Below are positions 48,433 through 61,905 of a DNA stretch of 64,000 nucleotides, one piece after another. The position numbers were made by a program, and so were the translations under genes. Below the pieces are notes generated by a model. That model was given only the letters and a program-made list of their open reading frames with translations. It did not search any database and had not been told where the DNA came from. The DNA is from Selaginella moellendorffii (taxonomy: Eukaryota; Plantae; Lycopodiophyta): assembly GCF_000143415.4 (NCBI RefSeq), contig NW_003314342.1, forward strand, positions 643,569-707,568. The letters are read 5' to 3'. Each line of letters opens with the position of its first letter. The first letter of the stretch is position 1.

Positions 48433-51400
48433 AGAGGGTGAAAGCCCAAAGCGTTCGGCTCCCAGACCCTGGGGGGTTTAGTGAGCTCCAAAAGTATAGT
48501 AAGGGGGAGGACTGTAATGGAGCCAGTTTGGCCAGGAAAGGCCAGTTTGGCCCAGGAAGGCCGGACCCAGTGTTGGGTGATGAGCTGCCCACTGGGAATT
48601 CCAAGACTAGAGTGAACACGGACCGACAAGCGGGGTAGCTTGGTGAAGTGTTCAAGAGCTGGCTCTAGTTCGCCCGGGAGATCGACTGGCCGATGCTCCC
48701 AGTCCAAGTGTGGGTGGCATTACCTACTTGGATACCTGTCGTGGCTCAACGGAACCTTGCTCTAAGCCCATGGCTAGAGCACCTAAAGGCGAAAGGCGGG
48801 GAGAGTACCCATGAGGCTTGCGTAAGGCCACGGTGTTCCGAAATGTTGTCCCAAAGTCCCAAACGGTGAAAGGGAAGAGGAGCAAACCTCTAATGCAGTG
48901 ACCAAGGATACGGTCACATGGTGAGGAAGTCCCAAAGGATAGTGGGACTTAGCGGTCGGGCCTGCAGGCCTTGATCCAGTGGCAGTGTTGGCGAACACGG
49001 CCATGGACTAAAAGGGACTTAGTGGGGACTGGAAAAGAGTTGTCAAGGAAGGCTATTCCCCATGTCTGCAGACATCCTAAGGATGGTAAGGAGTAGATCT
49101 GGGATGATCACTCATGGACAGATGGCCCAGTCTTTGAGAGACAAGACTATGATGCTGGTGGCATTAGACCACCGGTGTGACCAAGGTGAATGGGCATGGC
49201 CTTAGCGTAACAGGCCGATATGTCGGGGGTACCTTGGTGTGTCGGTCATGGTATCAGACATGTGGAGCACTTGGACCAAGTGCAAATGTGGAGTGGCATG
49301 GATGCCATTCTCGGGGCTAGCAAGCCCCAAGTCCTAATTGGGACTTATGGAGGTTGTGAATGAGAGTCCTCCATGTGGTTGGAGGTGCGATTAAGTGACT
49401 AGAGTAAAATGGAAAAATTAGTCGCTTACAACTTGGTATCGGAGCTGTTCGTTAGTCTGACTTTTATTGGTGCTCAAGTATATCACCACTGGTGTTGGCA
49501 TCAGAAGGTCCGAGGAGTGGGCTTATCCTTGAGGAGTAGCAGGTCGGGAAGACATGGCTCTCCATTACAGTTCATGTGTGAACTTGTAGACAAGGTGGTG
49601 GATAGAAAAGGGCCAATAATGGAACAACTTTGGGATCTTGGGAACAGTGTAAGGTTTTTCTCATTGAGCTGAGGAGGTGATCTAGATGAGCGTTTGACTC
49701 AGCAAACTGGCTAATGTAGTTGTGGTAAACAATTATAGTTGGGATCACGGGGAAGATAGAGACTCCAAAAACAATAAAGGAGTCACAAGATTATCCTCAC
49801 ATAGTTGAGACTAGTGCTCATGAAGGTGAGACTGGAATGGATGACCGTGAGAGGTCAATTATGGATGAAGACACGAGTCCTTGAAGTGGTAGCCAATTTT
49901 ACCTTTTATAAATGCTGGAACAAACCCAAGGAGTTGGGGGTGCGCTCAAAGGATGAGTCAATATTCTCATCATATGGACGAGTAGTCCTAAGGGGCAAAG
50001 GTAGCCCACAGAGAACAGAAAATAATAAAGTGTTAGAGTGACACTTGCAAAGACAGTCCTTATGAATACACGAAGTTGTATTCCAGTGTGCTGGCACCTC
50101 AAAAATAGGACCTTATGGGTCATTGGATTGGCAAAGTCCGAAAATGCTAGATGACTCAAGTGGAGTCAAGGGATAATCCTAAAGGATTGGTAAAAGCATT
50201 TAGACTGAGGTGTGTGGTGCCCCATGAAGGATGGGAAGGATCTTAAGACCCAAGTATGAGAATAGTAGGTATCTCATTGATGGCAGAAGGTGCCATGCTA
50301 AAGTCGTGGGAAAGAGTTTCCCGGAAGAAAACAACTTTGACACAAAGTTGTGTGTGGACTCTATAATGCAGTGCTAATGGATAATTGGCATAAGAGACAA
50401 TCATATTAGTCTTGGCAAAAAGACCTAGACACAAGTAAGAAGTGTCATAAAGGTAGGCTCCTGGAGCTGATGGTGTGGAGACACCGAAGGTGCCAAGGTG
50501 TGCTGCCTTGAGGTCAAGTTGGCGGGTTTATGAGAACCCCTTCCAAAGGAATCCCAATGGAAATGGGAATAGCATAGCCTATGCTAAAAGGCATGCGGTT
50601 AGAGTGTGGTGACCTAGATAATGATGGAGGTGTGGAAGCATCAGCAATGAGTTGTAAGACTTGACAACTATAAGACAACTAAGCAAAAGGTGCAAAATAA
50701 ATCATTAAACTGGTAAAAGGCAACTACCTAAGACTTCTTATTGGGATAAGGAAGTTAGATATACCCTTATGGGGGAGAAATTGTTTATATTGCGATAGTA
50801 AATCAACATCGTAAAAGGAATGCTCATTGTCAAAGAAGCCATCATTGGGACACTGAAGCACTCTGGAACACCAGGAGGTGGTGTTTGGTGTTGTGAGGGC
50901 ACGGATAAGGCCCAAGGGACAAAGTTCCTAGTGAATGATGGATAGGAAGTGTTATCTAAATGTCCAAGGTTACGGAAACGGGGGAAGTCTGTCTACCTAA
51001 ATAGGACAAAGCCAAAAAGGGATTTTGGCAAGGCTAGTGATGGGCATATAAAGGCCCATAAGTAGCAACGGTAATTCCAGTGTATAAGATTACGAGGGGA
51101 GCAAACCCAAATTGAGGAACCACTCCCTAGGCTATCGGGTAGGTTCATCCCTATGAATACTTGCCAAGGCAAGGTGGAAAGTGCAAAACTATTTTCCTAG
51201 TTTGGAGGAGAATGACCAAAGGAAATGTATGAGGCCAAAAGGCAAGTAGTAAAGGGATAGAACCGAACCATGGGAATTGACAAGTATGACTAAGGGTGGT
51301 TATGCAAGTTGGGAGTGGAGAATCAAGTGGGTGCTCAAGCATGTTGTTACTAACGACTGGGATGTCATGGAGAGTCTAAAACATGGGATTGTCCATGTTA

Positions 51401-53699
51401 GACTATATAACAATTGGAAAGCTTGTGAAAGGAGAGACCTTAGCAAGCTAAGGAACAGAGTTCCTTGAACGTTCCTCCTAAGTAGATAAGTACCTAGACG
51501 TCCAAGTGTAAATGGTTTATAGAGCGCGCAAGATCAGAGTGGCACAGCAGAAGCGTGGTCTTGAAACTTGCCGAGAGGCGAGGTTATCAAGGTTAGGGAA
51601 GTAGTTCCCGAGTGTTCAAAGAGAAGGCTTCGAATGAAAGTCAATGGTTAAGGACTTTCACGCTTATGCATGAACCATGTTACGATGACCAGATGACTTG
51701 CTAAGTGAGATTGGCAAGGTGGGGGAACGAATACCCTAGTTGAAGAAGCCAACTTCAAAGGGGTGGCCCATGGGGCCGAGCATGGAGGAGTCCATGGTTG
51801 ATCACAGGCTTGTCAAGTGAGAGGACTTGGCAGTGCGGAGGAACTAAGTTCTTAAGCTGTGATCTGTAGCACACTTTAAATATAAGTTGGTGCACCGGCG
51901 TGGAGAGTCACGCCAGGCATCTTGTGTGATGCCGTCCGTAAATGCATAGGGTTCGAGTCCCGACCCTCTAGTGCTTGGGTTCGAGTCCCAAATCACTAGG
52001 GTGTGGTGATGGTTTGGAATATGAGGACACTCATATTTCGGTGGTCATGGACTCTTAGTGGGGAGACTGGTTTGGGCACACCACCAAGCGAGGGATGCCT
52101 CGGAGTCGTGATGCACGGTTAGATTGCTTAGTGTGAAAGCTCAGCATATCTAACTTGAACACTTTGGTGCCAGTGGCATCAAGGACGTGGTGAATGAGAT
52201 GGGGACACCCAGTCTTAGTTGCCATGGACCCTTGGCCGGAAGGGCTGGCTTAGGTGCACCGCTAAATGTGGGGGATGCCCTTAGGGTCATGGTCAACAAC
52301 TTAAAGGTTTGGAAGACCTAGTACCTATTGGCAAACCTGTTAAGGTGCCAAGGTTAGATCACTAAGTGATTTTATAGCAAAAAACAAGGACAAGGTCCTT
52401 GTAAGGTTAAAGGATAAAGTTCCAAGTTCAAAGTGTTGATTAGAACTATTGATGATAGTGTGGCTTGGTCAACGTGACCAAGTGGGAGGAACACCTAAAG
52501 GAAATGAGCTATGTCAATGCGATGGCATAATAAGTCCAAGGAAAGTAGTCTCTATAAGAGATCCATCGGAGGGTCTCAAAATTGGGCTATGATAGAGCCC
52601 ATGGCAGAAAATGCTAAGGAGACGTACTAGGGGTGAACACCCTCTAGACTTGGGAAAGCAAAGTCTTTGCTATGGAATTGAAAGGATACCTCGAGAATGG
52701 AGGTGACGATCTTGTGTTGCGTGGTGCAACAATCAAAGATAAGAGCAAAAGACTAGTGGCTAAGAAAAGGGCCATGGGAATCATGGGATAGAAGCCAAAT
52801 GGCAAAGCTAGTCCAAGAACACTAATGTGTTGGATGCTAACGGATTATTGGAAAGCAATATGTTTCCAAGGATAGGTTCCTAATTGCTCCGATTTGGCGA
52901 AGGGGGAAGCTTCAAGGGATGGAGTGGTAAAGTAGCCAAATGATAGGGCCATGGACAGCCCTAGCACGAATTATGATAGCTAGAACTTAGTGCTAAGGGT
53001 GGCAGGATATCGAAGAGAGGATGATGGTGCCCGCAAATAAAGAACTTCCTAGGATGGGAAGTGGAGTTGCACCATGTGCAATGTAAGGTGTCGGAGACAC
53101 CTAGGAGATTGACTGTGAGAAGTCAAAATTAAAAGGTTCCAAAGTGCAAGGGTTATATCGATGGAAAGTGAGACCACTCGAGAATGAGTAGTGGGATTGA
53201 GTTACAGAAGGTGTCTCTAACAAGTTTAGTGAGAACTAAACCAGTAAAAAGGAGAAGACCACCACAAGTGGTCCAATCAGTCTCTAAATTGGAGAGACTA
53301 CACTCCTTAGAGGATGGATAAGGCATGGTGAGGCTTCAATGTCAAACCATAGACAAATATTGGCTGAGTGCCAAGGATAGAAATGGTAACACATGTGGGT
53401 GTTACTTTACAAAATGGTTTACCGTTCGATGAGGACATCGAACTTCGTCTATGGGTGGTGGAGTTGTGAGACACAAAATCCCTAGGCCCCAAAGTGGAAC
53501 CGAAAGGGTGCCACGTGGTAGTGGCCGAAGCGAAAGCCAAATGAGCGTAACACGTTTGGACAAAAAGCTCCGACTTGAAAAGGTCGAGAGTGGGAGTGGA
53601 ACTCCCAACGATGTGCTCGAGGAATGAGCACGAAGCGAGCAATAAGCGAGGCTCCAAAAAGGGACCCAAAAGGACCAACACATGACACGTGGAAGTGTC

Positions 53700-54048
53700 T
53701 GAGATGGACCCGGGTTGGAGTCCGAAGTGGAGTCCGAGAAGGACCCCGAGATGGAGTCCGAGATGGACCCGAGATGGATCCGAGATGGAGTCCGAGATGG
53801 ACCCGAGATGGACCTGAGATGGAGTCCGAGATGGACCCGAGATGGAGTCTGAGATGGAGTCCGAGATGGATCCGAGATGGACCCGAGATGGAGTCCAAGA
53901 TGGAGTCCGAGATGGACCCAAGATGGACCCGAGATGGAGTCCGAGATGGAGTCCGAGATGGACCCGAGATCGGGACCGAAACCGAGACCAGGACCGGGAC
54001 CGAGACCGGGACCGGGACCGAGACCGAGTCCGAGTCCGAGTTCAAGTC
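53700..54048 (+). repeat. Same LTR minisatellite, B2 3' LTR
   Basis: Directly visible tandem units. Confidence 0.95.
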
Positions 54049-57000
54049 TAAGAGGGTGAAAGCCCAAAGCGTTCGGCTCCCAAACCCTGGGGGGTTTGGT
54101 GAGCTCCAAAAGTATAGTAAGGGGGAGGACTGTAGTGGAGCCAGTTTGGCCAGGAAAGGCCACTTTGGCCCAGGAAGGCCAGACCCAGTGTTGGGTGATG
54201 AGCTGCCCACTGGGAAGTTCAAGACTAGAGTGAACACGGACCGACAAGCGAGGTAGCTTGGTGAAGTGTTCAAGAGCTGGCTCTAGTTCTCCCGGGAGAT
54301 TGACTGACCAATGCTCCCAGTCCAAGTGTGGGTGGCACTACCTACTTGGATACCTATCGTGGCTCAACGGAACCTTGCTCTAAGCCCATGGCTAGAGCAC
54401 CTAAAGGCGAAAAGCGGGGAGAGTACCCATAAGGCTTGCGTAAGGCCACGGTGTTCCGAAATGTTGTCCCAAAGTCCCAAACGGTGAAAAGGAAGAGGAG
54501 CAAACCTCTAATGCAGTGACCAAGGATACGGTCACATGGTGAGGAAGTCCCAAAGGATAATGGGAATTAGCGGTCGGGCCTGCAAGCCTTGATTCAGTGG
54601 TAGTGTTGGCGAACACGGCCATGGACTAAAAGGGACTTGGTGGGGACTGGAAAAGAGTTGTCAGGGAAGGCTATTCCCCATGTCTGCAGGCATCCTAAAG
54701 ATGCTAAGGAGTAGATCTGGGATGATCACTCATGGAGGGATGGCCCAGTCTTTGAGAGACAGGACTATGATGCTGGTGGCGTTAGACCACCGGTGTGACC
54801 AAGGTGAATGGGCATGGCCTTAGCGTAACAGGCCGATATGTCGGGGGTACCTTGGGGTGTCGGTCATGGTATCGGACATGTGGAGCACTTGGACCAAGTG
54901 CAAATGTGGAGTGGCATGGATGCCATTCTCGGGGCTAGCAAGCCCCAAGTCCTAACTGGGACTTATGGAGGTTGTGAATGAGACTCCTCCAAGTGGTTGG
55001 AGGTGCGGTTAAGTGACTAGAGTATAATGGAAAAATTAATCGCTTACAATGCATATGTACAGCCGTTGCCATAAAGAATGAAAATTGGTTTTGCCACATG
55101 ACACAAGTGTAGACGGCAACGTGTTGGGGTTTCGAGAAACTTCATGCATATCTACATGGTTCTCGGACGTTATTTGAAGGTGACCATGCTGCTGTTACTT
55201 CATTATTGAAGTGGAAGAACTTGGTTGGTCATATTGCTCGGTGGGCTTTGAAGCTTTAGATATATGATTTTGATGTTGTTCATCGCTCTGGGAGTTCTAT
55301 GGCTGATGCTAATGCCCTTTCTTGAGCTCCTCTTCCTTCTCTACTCTCTTCTCATGTTTCTGACAAGCCTATTGTTCTAGCATTTGTCGATTTTCTAGAC
55401 GAGGATTTTGTGCCGTCGGCGGTTGCTGTACTTGATGTTCAGTGTCCAAAAGGCGCAGAGCAAGATCTACCTTTTCTTGATGAAGTTCACAAGGCTCAAA
55501 AGTTTGAACCGTGGATTCGAAGGCTTCGAGATGCGTTTGAAAATCCTGCATCACTTACTAATGACTTGCCTTTCCGATATTTACATTCTCAATATCGCCT
55601 TGAAGATGGCCTTCTTTATTTTTTGGGGACGGATTCTGATGGTCATTTATGGCTGGTGGTGCCTTCTATCTTTATCCCACGGTTTCTTCATGCCTACCAT
55701 GATTCTCCTATTTTAAGTAGGCATATGGGACATCATTGTGTGACCGAGAAGCTGCGCAGGTCTTTCTATTAGCCGGAGATGCGACGTGATATTATCTGGT
55801 ATGTGCGTAGCTGCGTTTAGTGCCAAGTTCGTAATACTCCCCCTTGTGCTGTGGAAAGACGGTTGGAGTCAATTGCAGTTTTCCATCCGTTTGAGTTGGT
55901 GGCATTTGATCTTATGGGACCTTTTCCATAGTCGGCTGCTGGCAATGAGTATGTTATTATTGCTTTTGACTACTTAACTCGTTGGGTGTAAGTTGGTGCT
56001 TGTGCTAACGCCTTTACAACTACTGTTGGATACTTCCTCCTCAATCGAGTGGTGTTCCAGCATTCTTGTCCAGAGTAGATTCTTTCGGATAATAGTCCCG
56101 CATTTATGGCTGAGGCATTTCATGTTTTGACATCTCGGTTGGGGATATACCACACTTTCACGAGTGCTCATCATCCACAATCAAACGGTCTGATGGAACG
56201 GCTTGTTCGGACATTCAAAGGGATGATTGCAAAGTATGTGAACTTTCAGCATTTGGATTGAGATGGTTATTTGCCGTCTCTTCAGTATGTCTATGTCACA
56301 AGGGTGCAGAGTTCTGTTGGTGCTTCACCATATAAACTTTTATATGGTCATGATCCAATATTACCAATGGAGTTGCATTTACCTTCGCAATTGCCACGAG
56401 CTCCCGATGCTAAATCGTGGGATCAATATTTGACGAGCATTCTTCCACTTGTCCGAGCAGAGTCTGCCGAACACTTAGGCCACGTACAAGTGGGATAACA
56501 ACAGTGCTACAACTCCCATCATCGTCCACCTGTGGAGTACAAAGTGGATGATTTGGTGTTAGTCTGTTTTCCCCATCTTATGGTATGTGGTTTATTTAAG
56601 GGGCTCCTTGCGTAGTGGAAAGGATCGTATCGGGTGTTGTGGCAAGTTAGACCACAAGTTTATAAGGTTCGGCATGATGTCCAACAAGCCGATCCTTCGA
56701 AGATTATGTATATGCAGCGGTTGAAACACTTCATACAAAGGGATTAGGAGCAGTTAATACCACCTACAGATTCCCCAATGTCTCCTCCAGGTCCCAGCTT
56801 GTCTACAAGAGAACCCTGACGGCCTTCCATTATTCCAAGAGGAGGGGATGATGTGAGGGCCAAGTGTATGACTACGATGCCGTATACTAATATTAGTGTA
56901 GTGGGATTTTGATAGCCATCGGATTGGTTTCAATCTGGACCACTCGCTCCTGTATATAAGCTAGGGTTTTTGGGCTAATTGATATGCACATTTTCTGTAT

Positions 57001-57054
57001 TCCCTTTCCATATTTCAAGCACTTATAGCGTGAGACTATATGATAGTGTAGTGT

Positions 57055-57197
57055 ATTTACAAGAGAGTCATCCCATACTTGTCTATAGGCATAAGAGCGC
57101 ATGCCTAGAAATCTCAAAACAAAAGAACAAAGATTTACAAGAGAGAGTCATCCAAAACTGATCTATAGGTGTATAAGTGCATACCAAGAAATCTCAA
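57055..57197 (+). repeat. Imperfect ~78-bp tandem duplication
   Basis: atttacaagagag..tcatcc..tctatagg..ataag..gcat..agaaatctcaa occurs twice. Confidence 0.6.
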
Positions 57198-58136
57198 GCT
57201 TCTTTGGAGAAACTCAAATTGGAGTTTGGCCAGGCATGAGCCCACACGCTAGCTTAAAAAAATAAGAGACCATGAGAGAGAGAGTGTTAGAAATCCTTAC
57301 ATTTTTGAAAAATGAGTGTGAGACCATGCTTGTTCAAAGTTAAGTAACCCCCATTTCTTTGGTCATTTTACAAACTTGCACTTACTAATCGATTTCTCTC
57401 TTAATTTGACTTTGGTTTATTGTGAGCTTATATTCTTTCATCAATACATTAAATTGGGTCTTTAGCGTGCAAGTGCATGCTAGAAATTCTTTGACTTTAT
57501 GTGTGCTTATTTTATGCATTTTTAATTTTTTTTGCTATATATTTTCATGTTTTTTTTTCTCATATTCACAAAAGGAGCTTTGTTTTTTAATTTCCTATTT
57601 GCTTGTCTTTTTTTTTTTACTTTTTTCCTTCTATTTGTGTTTTGATATTCGTAATTTTCTTTGTTTTTCTCAAGTTGTTAAAGGAGATGTAATAGAGATT
57701 GTTTGGGATAATGGAGAATCAATTATAAAGGGAAGAATAAAATCTTTAGATGCTATTTGCATTTGTCATTGTGCTTCTTTAAGAGTTAGATGTGTTTTGC
57801 TTTGCATTATTAAGGTGTTTAGCTTGAATTACTCCCCCCTTACAGGTGAGTTGGATGTTAGTGGGTTTTCTATATAGAAGCAAAATCAACTAATGTTTCT
57901 AATAGAGATATTTCCTACCAAAATCTCTTAAGGAAATACAATTGGAACACAGAGGAATAATGATGAAGATGTTATTCCACAAAATATAGAGAGTAAAAAT
58001 ATTTTCGAAGGTAAGAATATCCCTAATTCTGATTGTTCTTCTATAGATATAAATGCTTGTAGTATATGGTATAAAGCTTTTGTGAAGATAGTGGATGTTA
58101 TACGCTGAGGGACTAGTTATTGTTGTAGACCCTCAA

Positions 58137-58507
58137 TGTCGCGAATGTGACTTCGGGTATTGAAAGATACTTGTCGGCTAGTCCTTACGGACACTCTCTC
58201 CTTACTGCCATGACAGCAAGAGGTTGGTACTGCTGGTTCCCTTTATGTCTCCGCCCAAGCTAGTTGAGAAACTGGTCAGCACATGTGCACTTAGACCNNN
58301 NNNNNNNNNNNNNNNNNNNNNNNNNNNNNNNNNNNNNNNNNNNNNNNNNNNNNNNNNNNNNNNNNNNNNNNNNNNNNNNNNNNNNNNNNNNNNNNNNATA
58401 AAGGGAACCAGCAGTACTGACCTCTTGCCGTCATGGCAGTAAGGAGAGAGTGTCCGTAAGGACTAGTCGACAAGTATCTTCCAATACCTGAAGTCACATT
58501 CGCGACA
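58137..58507. mobile_element. TIR element spanning the assembly gap: >=110-bp TIRs TGTCGCGAA...TTCGCGACA, 5-bp TSD CTCAA
   Basis: 58137-58246 is the reverse complement of 58398-58507 with 6 transitions; CTCAA at 58132-36 and 58508-12. Confidence 0.85.
58298..58397. other. Assembly gap (100 N)
   Basis: Run of N. Confidence 1.
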
Positions 58508-61500
58508 CTCAAGATGCTCTACACAACATAACTTTAGAGTGGGATTATATTGGAATCTCAATCTCTTCTTTTGTTGATGTTTCAACTAAGTTGGAAATAG
58601 TTTAGTTCAATGGAAACTATCCCAAACTCTTTTTGGTAATAGTATACCATCTATCATACTAATAAGCACTTGCATTTCTTCCTCACATTATTGAAAACAA
58701 AAATATACATTTATTAGATGAGCTATTAAGAAGCAACCAAGCAAATAGAAATCAAATACTAATGATTTAACAAGTAGAGGTCCCTTGGGGACAATGGGGA
58801 ATAAAAATAACAATTAATCAAAGCATGGACAGCGATCGAAGATAAAAAATACAAGAATCAAGAATCTAGAAACTTGTATCAACAACAACTTTGAGGACAA
58901 CAACATTTAGAATATAACCACTACTCAGCTCATACTTTTTGAACATCACCATCGACTGGAAAACGCAAACGCTCATAGTGAGGATGTGCACGACTTTATG
59001 CAACACAATTAAAGGTAGGCCACAATTACTTTACAACAATTTAACACAACAAGGACTCATAAAAAGAGTAGCCATAGTATGCACTCCTACTTGATTCCAA
59101 AGTTGGCGAGCAACAACTTTGTTGAAAACTAATCAACTTTATCGAGTTGAGTACAACATAGCAACACAAATACTAATATATAAGATTATGTTAGTCTATA
59201 CCACATGATTCTACAACTACACAACATTTCCTCGATAAGAACACAATAAACCAAAGACAACAACAACAAAACCAAGAAAGCAAATTCAAGAAAATGATAA
59301 CTCAAGAAAACTCTAGCACAACATTGAATGTACAAACACAACCCTGATCCACTTAAGAAACAAGAGTGAGATCAAATACAACAAATATGAGAAGAGAAGA
59401 AACAACTCCAGCACAAATTAAAAGTAGACAAGCAATAGAAGACTCAAGCTTAAATCGAAATCCTTGAGACTATATTCAAGACTTTCGACAAAATGACCCA
59501 AGCCACACATGTTGGCAAACCAAGCAACATCAATACAACCAAAGACACAGTCAACCAAAATTTAGACTTAGATCAAGATTTACCACCACTCGAAACTCCC
59601 GAATACGAAGATTACAACACCAACAACTCTCAGTCTTATCTAGCTTCTCCAAAAACTGAACCATCACCAACAGTAGAAAGATGGCACTCATCAGCCTAGT
59701 AACACCCTATGCCATCATGATTACATATCCAATCTTCACCAGTAGCAAAACTGAAGATGTAGAAAGACATTTCCAGCAATTCAACCAAATTATATAACTC
59801 AATCAGCAAGAAGACAATAAAGAACTTTTATTCCCTTTCACACTTAAAAGAAAAGCATTAGCATGGTATTATAATCTAAGTTTTAGGAAAAAGTTAAGCA
59901 ATTCAAAGAGAAGTACCAACCCGGCGGCACAACAGCTGAATACCTAGAACATCTTAAAAGCATCAAATAAGGCAGTAAAAAAGATATCAAAGGCTATACC
60001 CGACGATTCAAATATCATGCAAAGCACTACAAAGATCTATTCACTAAACAAGGTAAATATATGGTATGTATATGGACTGAAGACGATATACTAGCAAATG
60101 GTTGCTCTCGCAAGTATGGAAGAAGATTTAGATGTCGAGACCTCTATTAACAATATTTCCAAGAAAATCAAGAACCTCGAGAAACAGCTTTGAAAATTTT
60201 TAAGAGTAAAAATAACAAGAACAAACAACTCTTCTGATGATAAAGAAGAATACAAACTTGAAGTCATGAAAAAAGACAAGGATCAAGAACTTACTAAAAT
60301 ACTCAAGAAAGTTACAATTAAGAACGAACTTAAAGAAGGAGTATGGTGTACAAAATGTAAAAACAAAGGACACATCCTAACAAAGTGTAAACTACTGATT
60401 CCTAAGTGTTAGATATGTGAAAAAGAAGGATATATAACAAAGATCTATTGAGACAAAAGAGCAACTGAAGTCACACAAGTCGAAAACATACCTTGAACTC
60501 CTACACCAACTAAAAGACATTACAATCAACCCAGACAAGAACCACAATAGTGGTAGCTAAACTACTAGAATCAAGGTACATATAATCCTCACCCTAGATA
60601 CCATCGACAATACAACAATGGCAACGAAGACAATTAGTATTAACAACCATACTAGTAGGCTTATCAGTAGCCTTATCAAAACAACCAACAATGGAGACCA
60701 CCACCCGGCAAAACAACTGTCAACAACAGTACCACAACAATCAACAATGGAGACCATCTCTGCAATAACTAAACTATCAACAGCAAAATCAACAATATGA
60801 TCTACCACTTAGAGTATTTCCTTGCAACAACTATCAATAGCAACCTCAAACTCAAGAAATCCGACCCCAATACTAACAACAACAAAATCAAGGAAATTGA
60901 CCTCCTCAGCAAGATCAGCAACATCGAAGACCTCCTCTAACAACAAGAAATGTCAATATTGACTAATCGAAGATGAACACTTTGAAGATGAACCTAAGGT
61001 AAAAGCTCTAACTCGAAGTCAGAAAAAACACTACACTCCTAAAGATGACCTTGAGGAAAAGTCAAAAAACAAGAACTCCAAGACAAAGTGCAAGAAATTT
61101 CAAGGCACAAATGGCAACAAAGTAAGGAGTTATTCAACTCAATTCAGCAAACCCTTCAACAACAACAACCTGAAATTGAAGATGATCAGGAAATTATAAC
61201 TAAAACTCTATCAAGAAAAGAGGAACAACCAAAGCCCATCACCAACATTCTTCAATAAAGTATCATACTCACCTTTCTAGAACTTTCACAGGTAGCTTCA
61301 TACTTGAGACAACAACTTCTACACATATGCCTACCTTCACATACCTTTCAATCTCTCCAATGTACCATTCCGTGTTTTAATAGATCATCATTGACACTTT
61401 TCAAAAATACCTCACTAAATTTATGCGAGTATTTATGGATGCCTTTAGTTCTTTAGCAACAAAGAAGATCATCTCCAATGCTTAGAGAAATGCTTCATCA

Positions 61501-61905
61501 AATGCCATAAACACAATATCATATTGAACCTTGACAAGTGCATTTTCTTCGTCAAATCAGGAATTCTACTTGAACATGTAGTTTCCAAAGAAGGAATCCT
61601 CATTGACAAGGAGCAAACCCTCACAATCACCAACATACAACATCCATTCGACATTTCAAGCCTTCGATCATTCCTTGGTAAGATGGGATACCATTGAAGA
61701 TTCATCAAAAACTACACCAAGATTGCAAAACCTATCACTAAACTCCTCAAGAAGAATTAAGCTTACAATTGGACTCAAGATTGTCAAAATGCCTTCATCA
61801 ACCTCAAGAATTCCCTCACCCAAGCTCCAATACTTGCTCAACCAAACTGGAACAAAGACTTCAACATCCAAGTCGACACCTCCCTCAGAGTGATCCTTTT
61901 GCAAC

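Larger units (their letters stand above)
47686..55048 (+). mobile_element. Non-autonomous large LTR element B2: LTRs 47686-49430 and 53465-55048
   Basis: TSD ATCCA/ATGCA (1 mismatch); PBS ttggtatcggagc; PPT atgggtggtggagt; core collinear with B1; splits the inverted protease of A. Confidence 0.92.
38588..57027 (+). mobile_element. Outer Ty3/gypsy element A: LTRs 38588-38763 and 56852-57027; gag, PR, RT, RH, IN relics; hosts two nested insertions
   Basis: LTR pair tgtgagggccaagtgta...tccctttccatat. PBS tggtggaggtgagggg, PPT aagaggaggggatga. gag RPKFFCGNPRDDVYHWF; RT YPLPHTADLLNRLGRSHWFTKLDLAFGY on the minus strand; integrase ~55700-56750. Confidence 0.9.

Noticed and set aside
43412-54325. 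Long ORFs on both strands rich in SISDSISG / PSRT / MESEMDPRW
   Set aside because: By-products of the stop-poor minisatellite; open in several frames and with no domain similarity.
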